DNA of 64,000 bases. Source: an uncultured Thermomicrobiaceae bacterium. GTDB taxonomy: Bacteria > Chloroflexota > Chloroflexia > Thermomicrobiales > Thermomicrobiaceae. Where the stretch lies: positions 37,363-101,362 of the forward strand of contig CALKCJ010000025.1 of NCBI GenBank assembly GCA_938082375.1, given 5' to 3'. Below the pieces are notes generated by a model that worked only from the letters and a program-made list of their open reading frames with translations, searched no databases and was not told where the DNA came from. The position numbers were made by a program, and so were the translations under genes. Below are positions 11,371 to 20,775 of the stretch, piece by piece. Numbering within the stretch: position 1 is the stretch's first letter; each line of letters begins with the position of its first letter.

Positions 11371-11406
11371 CACAACGAGTGAGCCTCCCGGTCTCGGGAG
11401 GCTCAC
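11371..11406 (-). terminator. Attenuator terminator in the ilvB leader
   Basis: Minus strand: GUGAGCCUCCC-GAGACC-GGGAGGCUCAC (11-bp stem) followed by UCGUUGUG. The 5' arm can alternatively pair with GGGAGGCU at 11447-11454. Confidence 0.55.
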
Positions 11407-11444
11407 GAGTCTCGGTCTCTGTCTCGTGCTACTCAGTTTCTCGC

Positions 11445-11600
11445 TCAGCCTCCCAGACTGCCGGCGCGGAGAATAATAAGGATGCCTACGATAAGGAGGA
11501 TGAGCGAGCGTACAGTGAGAGCGCGGTCACACGGCAGCGCGAGAGGCCGGCACACTACCGACACCCTCTTCGTCCTGTACTGTCCGCCGGCTGTCCTCAC
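11445..11600 (-). CDS. Candidate ilv leader peptide (51 codons from GTG 11600; alternative GTG starts at 11564 and 11555)
   Basis: GGAGGA SD 7 nt before GTG 11600. Peptide ends ...ALTVRSLILLIVGILIILRAGSLGG. 11 of 12 consecutive codons are Ile/Leu/Val, several A/T-ending (CTT x2, ATT x2, GTA). The stop TGA lies inside the antiterminator strand. Confidence 0.55.
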   Translation of the reverse strand: MRTAGGQYRTKRVSVVCRPLALPCDRALTVRSLILLIVGILIILRAGSLGG

Positions 11601-11648
11601 GCAATGATCCTCCGCCCGCGCTCCTGCGCGCTCCTGTATGCTGGCACT

Positions 11649-11677
11649 AGCCTAACAGGATCACGCCGTGCTGTCAA
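11649..11677 (-). promoter_or_regulatory. Putative sigma-70-type promoter of the ilvBNC operon
   Basis: Minus strand: TTGACA-17 nt-TAGGCT, about 330 nt upstream of the ilvB ATG. Confidence 0.5.
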
Positions 11678-11702
11678 GGATGCTCACGGCATGGCCGGTG
11701 CT

Positions 11703-12602
11703 TCAGGCACGCCTGCCTCGCTTGCTCGCATTCTCGCGGGGCAGGCCGTCCGGCTGGCACGGCCAATCAGCCACCAGTGGGGGCAGCCAGGCGATCCGGT
11801 TGAATGCCTCTCGCCAGTCGCCAGAGCAGGCATAGGCGGCGCGAGCCGGGTAGCCGAGGCCTGGCAACAAGTCATCCGGCTCGTTCGTCGTGAGTGCCCA
11901 CACGCCGGCCGCGATCACCCGCCTCGCCTCGCCCAGGTCGTCGACTGTCCAGGTGGTGACGACGTAGCCACGCTGGCGCAGCCAGCGTACCAGCCGGGGC
12001 GAGACGACCCGGTGGTGCACGGTGACGGCGTTGGCGCGCGCGTACCCTGCGCCGAATGCGATCTGGAGCGCCAGCAGCCAGCGTACCGTCGTAGTGCCTC
12101 GCTCGCCCAGGCGGCGCGGCCACCAGCTCAGCACGTGGCCACGGGAAAGGCCGCGCAGGGTCTCGGGTACGAGGCCCGCCAGCCGGCGAAGGCTCCGAAG
12201 CCGCTGGGCGGTGATGAAGATGCGTGCCGGCTGTCCCCAAGATCGGAGCAAGTGCGCCAGCTCCTCTTCGTATCCGGCTTCTTTCAGGTCGAGATTGAGG
12301 AGCGCCTGGTCTCCGAATTCGGCCAGGAACTCTTCCACGGTTAGCAGCCAGGGGAGCGCGGCCTTCAGGGCAGGATACGACGTCTGCCGCACCACGAGGC
12401 GCCGGCCGTCGTCCAACCGCACGTGCTCATCGTGCAGGAGGACGAGCACACCGTCGGCCGTCTCACGCACGTCACACTCGAGCGCATCGGCGCCGACGGT
12501 GACCGCGTGGCGGAACGCCGCCGCGCTGTTCTCGATCTCGTGCGGTGCTCCACCCCGATGTGCGATGACGACTGGGCGTAGCGGCACAGAGCCCCCCTTC
12601 AT
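11703..12602 (-). CDS. Glycerophosphodiester phosphodiesterase family protein
   Basis: VVIAHRGG, IENSAAAF, ECDVRETADGVLVLLHDEHV motifs; ATGA overlap with the upstream PAP2 gene. Confidence 0.85.
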   Translation of the reverse strand: MKGGSVPLRPVVIAHRGGAPHEIENSAAAFRHAVTVGADALECDVRETADGVLVLLHDEHVRLDDGRRLVVRQTSYPALKAALPWLLTVEEFLAEFGDQALLNLDLKEAGYEEELAHLLRSWGQPARIFITAQRLRSLRRLAGLVPETLRGLSRGHVLSWWPRRLGERGTTTVRWLLALQIAFGAGYARANAVTVHHRVVSPRLVRWLRQRGYVVTTWTVDDLGEARRVIAAGVWALTTNEPDDLLPGLGYPARAAYACSGDWREAFNRIAWLPPLVADWPCQPDGLPRENASKRGRRA

Positions 12603-13381
12603 ACCGAGCCTTCTACCAGCACGACCCGCCCTTCCGGCTCAGCCTGTGCTTCGAGTTCGGTCGGCGGGCCGGGTCGCTGGCAATCTCGCAGCCCGCGGTA
12701 GAGCGTGACCAGACCGACAAGCCAGGCCGAGCCGAGGAGGTACGACCCGAGGACATCGGTGAACCAGTGATGCCCGAGGTAGATGCGCGACGGCCCAACT
12801 AGCGCGATCAGCGCTGCCGCCGCGCCAGCGATGGCCCGCCGCAGCGGTCGCCAGGGAACAGCATGAGCTGCCAGGTAAGCCGCTAGACCCCAGAAGGCCG
12901 TGTAGTGGACAGCATGTCCGCTCGGATAGCTCGTATCGCGGAGCTTGGCCAGAGTGACTCGGATGCTGGGATGTTGCGGGCGCGGCCGCCGAATGACGAG
13001 CTTGGTCAGGTAGCTGCTGAGGCTCGCCGCCCAGGCGAGAAGCAGCAGCAGGCTCTCGAGCCGTCGCCGAGTAACCCAGTAGGTACCGACTACGAGCGCG
13101 GGCAGAACCAGGCTCTGAGGGCGGAAGCCCAGCCAGCTCACGGCGTTCATCACCCTGTGCAGCGACGGATGGTCGAGCCGCTGCAGCCGGAGCGTCACCG
13201 AGAGGTCAAGCGGCGATTCCGGCCGGCGACGCACGTACCGCGCCAGCATGAGATAGAGACCAAACGCGCAGACGCTGTAGAGGAGCGCTCCAACCGGAAC
13301 GCACCGAGCATTTCCGCCTCTGCTGACTGGTTGCGCGGTCGTTGGCCCGGCCAGGTTCGATCCTCGCTGGAGCGTCTGCAT
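12599..13381 (-). CDS. PAP2-family membrane phosphatase
   Basis: KLVIRRPRP, SYPSGHA and SRIYLGHHWFTDV acid-phosphatase motifs. Start at ATG 13381 (GGGAG RBS); GTG 13420 is also possible. Confidence 0.8.
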   Translation of the reverse strand: MQTLQRGSNLAGPTTAQPVSRGGNARCVPVGALLYSVCAFGLYLMLARYVRRRPESPLDLSVTLRLQRLDHPSLHRVMNAVSWLGFRPQSLVLPALVVGTYWVTRRRLESLLLLLAWAASLSSYLTKLVIRRPRPQHPSIRVTLAKLRDTSYPSGHAVHYTAFWGLAAYLAAHAVPWRPLRRAIAGAAAALIALVGPSRIYLGHHWFTDVLGSYLLGSAWLVGLVTLYRGLRDCQRPGPPTELEAQAEPEGRVVLVEGSV

Positions 13382-13470
13382 GTCCCGGAGCTCCCTACAG
13401 CGTTGCCGGCCAGCGGACACACCTGAAGACCGGCGAGTGGCGCCAGCCGTGGCCTGAGCGTGCTCTCAGT

Positions 13471-13503
13471 AAAGCAGCTTCAAAGCAGCTTCAAAGCAGC
13501 TTC
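13471..13503. repeat. Three perfect tandem 11-bp repeats AAAGCAGCTTC
   Basis: Read directly. Each unit holds the 9-bp palindrome AAGCnGCTT. Intergenic between ispH (stop 13562) and the PAP2 gene. Confidence 0.9.
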
Positions 13504-13561
13504 CCCGCTTCAGTGTCCGCAGCAACCGGTGAGGGCAAACTGGACGCCGCGCTGGGTGGCA

Positions 13562-14527
13562 CTACTCGGCGAAGTCGTCGATATCAGGTGCCTCGTACCG
13601 CCAGAGCTTGTCCGGTCGGCGGTACCCCATCCCCACCAGCGCCTCGATGACCTCCCAGACAACCTCATCCGGGGTCGAGGCCCCAGCGGTCAGCCCGACG
13701 ACCTCGACGTCGTCGAACCAGCGAGGGTCGAGTTCGTCGGGGCCCTCGATGTGGTAGCTCGGCACGCCGCATACCCGCCCCACCTCCGCGAGCCGGGCCG
13801 TGTTCGAGCTCTTCTTTCCCCCGATCGCCAGGATCAGGTCGACTTCCTCGGCAAGCGCTCGCAGCGCCTCTTGTCGCTCCCAGGTGGGCTGGCAGATGGT
13901 GTTAATGATCCGCGCCTCGCCGCCATGCCGCGCCACCCAGCTCGCCAGCTCGACAGCAAAGGCCACGAACTCGTCGGTCTGCTTCGTCGTCTGCGACACG
14001 AGCGCCACTTTGCGCGGCGGCGCCACGACACCCGGCGCGCCTCGCGGCCCTGTCCACGGGAGGTCGCTCAGGTGCTTCGCCGCCACCGCTCGGCTCGTTC
14101 CAGCCCAGCCCAGCACACCGCGCACCTCGGGATGGTGCGCGTCGCCGTAGACGACCAGGAAGTAACCCTGGCGGACGAGCTTCTCGGCCAGGCGCTGGAC
14201 TTTGGTGACCAGCGGGCAGGTGGTGTCGATGAGGGCCAGGCCATGGGTCTGCGCTTCCTGAGCGCGGTCAGGGCTAGCCCCGTGGGCGGTGACGGCCACA
14301 CGGCTGAACCCGCGTGCTTTCGCTTCGGCCACCGAGGGCAAGGGCTCGATCCCATGCGCACGCAAGCGCTCGACGACCTGCGGGTTATGGATGACGTCGC
14401 CGATCGTAGCGACTGGCCCGCCGTCTTGCGCCGCCTGCTGGATAATCTCGAGCGCACGACGGACACCCCAGCAGTACCCCATCACCTCAGCCAGGACGAT
14501 CCGTCGCTCTCTCGTCGTTACCGTCAT
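13562..14527 (-). CDS. ispH: 4-hydroxy-3-methylbut-2-enyl diphosphate reductase
   Basis: Three cluster cysteines in GYCWGVRRA, TTCPLVTKV and NTICQPT; VIHNPQVV. Confidence 0.93.
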   Translation of the reverse strand: MTVTTRERRIVLAEVMGYCWGVRRALEIIQQAAQDGGPVATIGDVIHNPQVVERLRAHGIEPLPSVAEAKARGFSRVAVTAHGASPDRAQEAQTHGLALIDTTCPLVTKVQRLAEKLVRQGYFLVVYGDAHHPEVRGVLGWAGTSRAVAAKHLSDLPWTGPRGAPGVVAPPRKVALVSQTTKQTDEFVAFAVELASWVARHGGEARIINTICQPTWERQEALRALAEEVDLILAIGGKKSSNTARLAEVGRVCGVPSYHIEGPDELDPRWFDDVEVVGLTAGASTPDEVVWEVIEALVGMGYRRPDKLWRYEAPDIDDFAE

Positions 14528-14697
14528 CGCTCCCTACTTCCGTTGCCAGGTCGTCAGGTCGCTGATCGCAGCTCCTGCGAGCGTTCCTGAGTCCGCTGCC
14601 GCTCACCGTCTTGCGCATGGTGAGGGGTGCAGAACGACCGTGAGCGTCCACCGGGTAGAGTATAGCTGTCGCCAGAGTGCGCAAGCGGCACGCGTCC

Positions 14698-15405
14698 TCA
14701 CGTCGCCCCCTGTGTCGAGAAGAGGATCGGCAGGAGTTCACCGAGCGCCCGCACTTCCGCATCGGGAGGTGGGCCGCCAGGCCAGGGGCGCCCCTGGCGG
14801 TTGCACCAGACGCTCAGCAGGCCGGCGGCCTGCGCCCCGCGGACGTCGACCTCGGGGTTGTCGCCGACGAAGGCGGCCTCCGACGGTGGCAGCCCCGCCT
14901 GCTCCAGCGCCAGCCGGAAGATCCGCGCGTCGGGCTTGGCCACGCCGACTTCCTCCGAGATCAGCACGATGGGAAAGAGGTCGGCGATGCCGAGCCGTTG
15001 CAACTTCTCACGCTGGATCCGGCTGGGGCCATTCGTGATGAGCCCGGTCAGCGCGCGCTGCTGCACGGCAGTGACGACCCCGATCGCCTCGTCGAAGAGA
15101 CAGAGGTCGATGAAGCGGTCGCTCGTGTAAGCCTGGATGGCACGCTCGATCCGCCAGGCGTCTGCCAGTCCGAACTCGGCGAGCACCTCGACGAGGTCTT
15201 CCGCCCGCATGAGCGACCCGGCCACCACGCGCTCGATGATCACCTCGGCGTCGCCAGGCCGCTGCCCGGCAAGCGCGGCCTGGACAGCGCGCTCGACCCG
15301 CCGCCGGAACGACCGCGCCTGGTCACAGAGCGTGTCGTCCAGGTCGAAGAGAACCAGCCTCGGTGGAGATGTCCGCCGCACCGTTCCTCCCGGAGGCGTT
15401 GTCAC
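14698..15405 (-). CDS. HAD-superfamily hydrolase (subfamily IA-like)
   Basis: Motif I LFDLDDTL; motif IV VGDNPEVDVRGA. Confidence 0.85.
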   Translation of the reverse strand: MTTPPGGTVRRTSPPRLVLFDLDDTLCDQARSFRRRVERAVQAALAGQRPGDAEVIIERVVAGSLMRAEDLVEVLAEFGLADAWRIERAIQAYTSDRFIDLCLFDEAIGVVTAVQQRALTGLITNGPSRIQREKLQRLGIADLFPIVLISEEVGVAKPDARIFRLALEQAGLPPSEAAFVGDNPEVDVRGAQAAGLLSVWCNRQGRPWPGGPPPDAEVRALGELLPILFSTQGAT

Positions 15406-15644
15406 CAGCCGGTCCCGGCAGCAAGCGTACGGAGAGCAGGGGCGAGCGTCAACTCAGGCGCGGGGTCGCCTCGCTCCCCGAGGCGGAGCACGCACTCAGG
15501 GAGGGTGAGCTGCGGCCTGGCAGGGAATTCCTGGTATTCGCCGGTACTCCTCGGTGATAGCCCGAGAGGCTGTGAGGCGATACACCAGCGGTGGTAGTTA
15601 CCTCGCTCGACTGGGGAGATCGCTGCGGCTTGGTGGGGATAGAG

Positions 15645-15965
15645 ATGGAGCAGGGCGTGGAGCTCGCGGCCGATCATATCCTCTTGACTGTTCTCCTGGT
15701 CTCGCTTGGGGGGCTGCTCGTGTCTCGCAGGGCTGCCTGGCGACCACAAGGGTCGCACCGCCTGCTGGTGGTCGCCCGCTCCCGCAGCCAGCTTTTGGGC
15801 CTGTGGGTTCTGATCTGCTCGGGTATCCTGGGCGTGACCACCGGGCTGTGGGCCCTGCTCTCGCTGCTGTTGCCCGATCCAGGGGTACCTGCGGCGGTCT
15901 TCACCACCGAGGCGATTCTCCTCGACCTGGCTACCCAGCGCGTGCAGATCAGCGTCGCTCGGTGA
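15645..15965 (+). CDS. Hypothetical small membrane protein (about 3 TM)
   Basis: MEQGVELAADHILLTVLLVSLGGLLV...; coding-like G/C third positions; no recognisable family. Confidence 0.4.
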   Translation: MEQGVELAADHILLTVLLVSLGGLLVSRRAAWRPQGSHRLLVVARSRSQLLGLWVLICSGILGVTTGLWALLSLLLPDPGVPAAVFTTEAILLDLATQRVQISVAR

Positions 15966-16122
15966 ATCGAGCTCACGTACGGCGCTATCCTCTCCCCATC
16001 CCTTTGGCTGCGTGAATCTCCCTATGCGCCCCATGCAGTCCACCGGCAGTCCTCCAGTTGACACCGGTGCTTCGCCCGCTGATATTCCGGCAATGGAGCG
16101 TGAGGCCGACGAGGAGGGAGCA

Positions 16123-16995
16123 ATGGCCGGTCTCGTCTTTGCAGCGGTGGCGCCGCACGGCTTTCCGATCATCCCGGAATTGAGCGAGGACGCCGAGGGG
16201 GCGCTGAGCACCCGCGCCGCGATGCAGGAACTGGCGCGTCGCTGCGCGGCGGTGAACCCAGAGGTCGTGGTCGTCGCCACGCCGCACGGTGTCCGTGTCG
16301 ATGACACCATCTGCCTGGCCAACGTGGCGCGCGGAGCCGGCACGGTACGCTGGCACGGGCACCAAGTCGAGCTGAACGTGCCGGTCGATGGCCGGTTGAC
16401 GGAGTTGATCGCCGCGACGGCCAGAGCGATGGGGGTGCCGATCGCGCTGGCCGGGTTCGCCGGGAACCGCCGAGAGCAGAGCGTGATCCCCCTGGACTGG
16501 GGAACGCTTACCCCGCTGTGGTTCCTCGGCCACGGCCGCAACATGGTCGGCCACGGGGACGTGCTTGCTCCACCGCCGGCCGAGGATATCGGCCCGCCGG
16601 TCGTCATCGCCACACCATCGCGCAAGCTGCCGCGCTCGGCCATGCTCACGTTCGGGGAAGCGATCGCCGAAGCGGCCGCCCGCGACGGCCGACGCGTCGC
16701 CTTCATCGCGTCGTGCGATTGGGCGCATACCCACCGCGCTGATGGGCCATACGGGTTTCACCCCGATGCCGCGGTCGTGGACGAACTGGTCGTCGCCGCG
16801 CTGCGCGACAGCGATCCTGGTCGGCTAATCGACCTCCCTGAGGAGAAAGTCGCCAACGCAGCCATCGATGGCCTCTGGCAGACACTGATGCTGGCCGGGG
16901 CGATGCGCCGCGTACCGATGCGTGGCGAGGTGCTCTGCTACGAGGCTCCCAGCTACTACGGGATGATCGTGGCCGCCTTCGTACCGATCGAGTAA
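16123..16995 (+). CDS. Class III extradiol dioxygenase subunit B-like (LigB/DODA family) protein
   Basis: FAAVAPHGFPI, VVVATPHG, IASCDWAHTH motifs; GAGGAGGGAG RBS before ATG 16123. Confidence 0.7.
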   Translation: MAGLVFAAVAPHGFPIIPELSEDAEGALSTRAAMQELARRCAAVNPEVVVVATPHGVRVDDTICLANVARGAGTVRWHGHQVELNVPVDGRLTELIAATARAMGVPIALAGFAGNRREQSVIPLDWGTLTPLWFLGHGRNMVGHGDVLAPPPAEDIGPPVVIATPSRKLPRSAMLTFGEAIAEAAARDGRRVAFIASCDWAHTHRADGPYGFHPDAAVVDELVVAALRDSDPGRLIDLPEEKVANAAIDGLWQTLMLAGAMRRVPMRGEVLCYEAPSYYGMIVAAFVPIE

Positions 16996-17163
16996 GTGCG
17001 ATCCAGGCCGGATAGGCCAGCCACGGTTCAGCCCACGGCGCGCCCTCGGCCCGCGAGAGGTTCGATCCTCTCTTTGTGCCCGCGGCGAGGCGCTTTACGA
17101 ACGGGTCAGAGGCGGCTAGCATGGGCGTGGCAGCGACGGCGATCGAGCAAAGGAGGCGGTGAC

Positions 17164-18234
17164 GTGAAGGCGGCTGTGCTGTGGGAGCGCCGATCCCCCT
17201 TGGTGATCGAGGAGGTCGAGATTGCCGACCCAGCGCCGGGCGAAGCGCGCGTTCGCATATTGGCGAGCGGTGTCTGTCACTCCGACCTTCACCACATCCA
17301 GCGCGACACGTATCTCACCCTCCCAGCCGTACTAGGACACGAGGGGGCGGGGATCGTCGAAGCCGTCGGGCCTGGGGTCACCCGGGTCAAGCCGGGTGAT
17401 CGGGTCATCATCGCATTCGGCCCTAAGTGCGGCACCTGCTACTTCTGCCTGCGCGGCCTCGACCACCTCTGCGAGAAGCCGTTGCCGACCAACATCAGGC
17501 TGCGCAAGGGCGATCAACCCCTCACCCCGCTGCTCGGAGTCGGATCGTTCGCCGAGTACGTCAACGTGGAGGCGACGAACCTGGTTCCCATCCCCGACGA
17601 GATGCCAATCGACCGGGCTGCCCTGATCGCCTGTGGCGTCACGACCGGCATCGGGGCGACCACGAAGACGGTGAAGGTCGAGCCCGGGTCAAGCGTCGCC
17701 GTGATCGGCATCGGTGGGGTAGGGCTGAACGTCGTGCAGGGCGCCAGGCTCGCGGGCGCAGCCCGGATCATCGCCATCGACATGCTCGACCACAAGCTGG
17801 AGCTAGCGCGCCAGTTCGGCGCCACACACGTCATCAACGCGCAGCGCGAAGAGCCGATCGAGACCGTCCGGCGGTACACCGGTGGCCGGGGAGCTGACTA
17901 CGCGTTCGAGGTCGTCGGCTCCTCGAAGACGATCGAGCAGGCCTACGAGATGGTGCGCCGCGGCGGCACTGCCGTCGTGGTCGGCTTTGGGGAAGACACG
18001 GATCTCGTGCATTTGCCAGCGAGTCTCATGCGGGGAGCGAAGAGTCTGGTGGGGTGCTTCTACGGCTCCGTGCAGCCGCACGTGGATTTCCCGCGCTATA
18101 TCGATCTCTATCTCGCCGGGCGGATTAAGCTGGACGAGCTGATCAGCCGTCGCTACCGGCTCGAGGAGATCAATCACGCGTTCGACGCGCTGCGGGCGGG
18201 CGAGGTCGCCCGGAGCGTTATCGTCTTCGAATGA
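17164..18234 (+). CDS. Zinc-dependent alcohol dehydrogenase (class III/MDR family)
   Basis: GVCHSDLH, GHEGAGIVEAVG, GIGGVGLNVVQGA; GTG start preceded by AAGGAGG. Confidence 0.9.
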   Translation: MKAAVLWERRSPLVIEEVEIADPAPGEARVRILASGVCHSDLHHIQRDTYLTLPAVLGHEGAGIVEAVGPGVTRVKPGDRVIIAFGPKCGTCYFCLRGLDHLCEKPLPTNIRLRKGDQPLTPLLGVGSFAEYVNVEATNLVPIPDEMPIDRAALIACGVTTGIGATTKTVKVEPGSSVAVIGIGGVGLNVVQGARLAGAARIIAIDMLDHKLELARQFGATHVINAQREEPIETVRRYTGGRGADYAFEVVGSSKTIEQAYEMVRRGGTAVVVGFGEDTDLVHLPASLMRGAKSLVGCFYGSVQPHVDFPRYIDLYLAGRIKLDELISRRYRLEEINHAFDALRAGEVARSVIVFE

Positions 18235-18268
18235 GGGGCGACCGCGCCGGCTCGCCAGCCGAGCGGGG

Positions 18269-18517
18269 TCAGCGCGCATAGGCAAGTCGCCGGTTCAAGG
18301 CTGCGCGGCGGCGTCGCACCGTCCGCAAGGCGGTCTCTTGTATGTCCTGTGGGCTCAGCTCGGCTGGTGTGATCAGGGCCATCCAGCCGAGCGCAGCCGG
18401 GCTGGCGAGCCACCGAAGCGCGACGTTGCTCACTGTCGCGTCCTCGATCGCCTGGGAGATCACTGCTGCCGCCAGTCGCTGGTATGGGTCGATCGCGGTG
18501 TCGTCGAGTGGGTCCAT
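18269..18517 (-). CDS. Hypothetical 82-aa protein
   Basis: MDPLDDTAIDPYQRLAAAVISQAIEDA...; GGGGGA before the ATG. The track ORF 18269-19564 fuses it artificially to the amidase remnant. Confidence 0.35.
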   Translation of the reverse strand: MDPLDDTAIDPYQRLAAAVISQAIEDATVSNVALRWLASPAALGWMALITPAELSPQDIQETALRTVRRRRAALNRRLAYAR

Positions 18518-18699
18518 ATGGCATCCCCCATCCAGCACATGATCAACCAGCCGAAAACGACTCGAGCTCTCTAGATCTCTTCGGCAGGAGAACCCTGGTA
18601 CTTGAGTGGTTGCATCCGGTAGGCGCTTTGGTGAGATGCCAAGACGCCCGTTTGAAGAGCGGGCGTACTGGCCAAGAGCCTGAGCACTGACTGGGAACG

Positions 18700-19564
18700 T
18701 CAGTCGGTATCGATCGTTGGCAGCAGTTGGTGTGGTTTGCGGACTTTGGTGGCCTGCTCGAAGGCGTAGGCCAGCCGGATCAGCGTCGGCTCGCTGTAAG
18801 CGCGGCCCATAAAGGTGATCCCAACCGGCAAGCCGAAGGCGTAACCGGCTGGCACAGTGATCAGCGGATAGCCGGCGATGGCTGCGGGCGACGAGCTGGC
18901 CCCCAGGAAGAGGCCGCCGTTGATCAAGTCGATCTTTCAGGCCGGGCTGCCGGTCGGTGCCACGATGGCGTCGAGCTGGTACTGATCCATCACCGCGTCG
19001 ATGCCATCCTGTCGGCCGAGCCGGCGGTTCTTCTCCAGCGCGTTGAGGTACGCCTCGTTCGGTCAACGGCCCCTTCTGCTGGGCCAGCAGGAACAGCTCC
19101 TGGCCGAAGTACCGGAGTTCCTCATCGGCATGCGCCTCGTTGAAGGCAATGAGATCCTCCAGCGTGCGCATCGGCGACTCGACGAGGCGGGCCAGATAGG
19201 CATCGATATCATGCCGAAACTCGTAGAGCAACACCTCGAGCTCCGCCTCGAAGGTCGCGATCTCTCGCGCAGTCGGGATGTCAGCGGGGTCGATAATCTC
19301 GGCGCCGAGGTCACGCAGGATCTGGATCGCCTCCTCGATGATCCGGTCGGCCTCCGGGCTATAGCCAAAATAGACCTGGCGGGCTACGCCGATGCGAGCG
19401 CCTTTCAGCCCGTTGGGGTCGAGGAACTGGGTGTAATCGGTGTGGAAGCGACCAGCGCTCTCGGCGGTGACTGGATCCTCAGGGTCGGGCCCGACGATGG
19501 CGCCGAGCACTGCCGCGGAGTCGGCGACGGTGCGGCACATCGGGCCATCGGCTACACTGCCCAC
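18700..19564 (-). pseudogene. Amidase-signature family amidase remnant (5'-truncated, frameshifted, premature stop)
   Basis: Homology starts mid-protein (GPMCRTVADSAAVLG). Frame changes near 19057 (PLTE / EAYLNALEKNRRLGRQDGIDAVMDQYQLDAIVAPTGSPA). In-frame TGA at 18937-18939, then KIDLINGG...ITFMGRAYSEPTLIRLAYAFEQAT. Confidence 0.8.
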
Positions 19565-19597
19565 CGGTGAGAGTCACGCTCAGCGGAAGGGTGAAGC

Positions 19598-20713
19598 ATG
19601 GCCGGTTGGACCGTGATCTGCGAGCGATGTGGCGCTCTGGAACAGCTCGATCACGCTGGCTGGTGTTGTCCGCGATGCGGCGCCGTCTGGGTCATCACTG
19701 GTTCCGATTCGCTCGACCCGGCACGCCTCTTCCCCAGCGAGCGCTCGCTGTGGCGCTACGAGCAGGTCCTACCGGTCAGTCGCGCGGACGCGGTCTCACT
19801 GGGCGAGGGGATGACGCCGCTGATCCCGGGGGAGCTGTCGGGCCACCCGGTCTGGTTCAAGCTCGACTTCCTGCTCCCGACCGGCTCGTTCAAAGACCGC
19901 GGAGCCTCCCTGCTCGTTAGCCACCTCCACCGCCTGGGCTACCGGCGGCTGGTCGTGGACTCGTCCGGCAACGCCGCGGCCGCACTCGCCGGCTATTGCG
20001 CCGCGGCTGGGATAGGCTGCCACGTCTTCGCGCCGGCCGTGACCTCCCCGGCCAAGCTGGCCCAGGCCCGGGCTTATGGTGCCCGGGTGACGCTGGTCGA
20101 GGGCTCCCGGGAGCAGGTCGCCGCGGCTGCCCAGCGCGCTGCCGCGACCGACCCCGCGGCCGCCTACGCCAGTCACAACTGGCATCCGGTCTTCATCGAG
20201 GGGACGAAGACTTGGCTCCTCGAGGTCTGGGAGCAGCTCGGCGGACGCTTCCCGGCAGCCTGTTTTCTCCCGGTGGGCGGCGGGAGCCTGCTCGTCGGCG
20301 CTCGGCGAGCCTGCCAGGCGCTCCCCGGCCCGTACCCCGCGCTCATCGCTGCCCAGCCACAGGCCTGCGCGCCGCTCGTCGAGGCGCTCGCGCGTGGCGC
20401 TGCCGACGTGACGCCGGTGGTGCCAGCACCCACTCTGGCGGAAGGAGCTCGGATCGCGGCGCCGCCGCGCGGCAGGCAGATGCTGGCAGCTATCCGGGGC
20501 AGTGGTGGTTGGGCTGAAGCGATTGAAGAGGACCTGCTGATCGACACGGTACGCCAGCTCTGGCGGCAGGGGCTGTACGTCGAGCCGACCGCTGCCCTCG
20601 GCGCGGCAGCGTTCCGCCAGGCCCTCACGCACCGGGGACCGCTTCCCGAAGGGGAGGTCGTCATCGTCTTGACCGGTTCTGGATTGAAAACGGGAACACG
20701 TAGGATCAAGTAG
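19598..20713 (+). CDS. Threonine synthase-like PLP-dependent enzyme with N-terminal zinc ribbon
   Basis: CERCG...CCPRCG ribbon; PLP-lysine motif PTGSFKDRGAS; fold-type II PLP pattern. Confidence 0.8.
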   Translation: MAGWTVICERCGALEQLDHAGWCCPRCGAVWVITGSDSLDPARLFPSERSLWRYEQVLPVSRADAVSLGEGMTPLIPGELSGHPVWFKLDFLLPTGSFKDRGASLLVSHLHRLGYRRLVVDSSGNAAAALAGYCAAAGIGCHVFAPAVTSPAKLAQARAYGARVTLVEGSREQVAAAAQRAAATDPAAAYASHNWHPVFIEGTKTWLLEVWEQLGGRFPAACFLPVGGGSLLVGARRACQALPGPYPALIAAQPQACAPLVEALARGAADVTPVVPAPTLAEGARIAAPPRGRQMLAAIRGSGGWAEAIEEDLLIDTVRQLWRQGLYVEPTAALGAAAFRQALTHRGPLPEGEVVIVLTGSGLKTGTRRIK

Positions 20714-20775
20714 CCAAGCGTCGGGCGCACGGGCACTTGAGGCAACCCGCGGCGAGGGCCGTGGCTGGCTGCGGG

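Noticed and set aside
11310-11640. T-box riboswitch in the ilvB leader (AACCGGGGGUACCCGGGAG loosely resembles the T-box sequence GGGUGGUACCGCG).
   Set aside because: The T-box-like string lies downstream of the terminator hairpin rather than in an antiterminator bulge. No specifier loop, AG bay or GNUGGA-type distal loop could be identified. The leader-peptide model explains the structures better.
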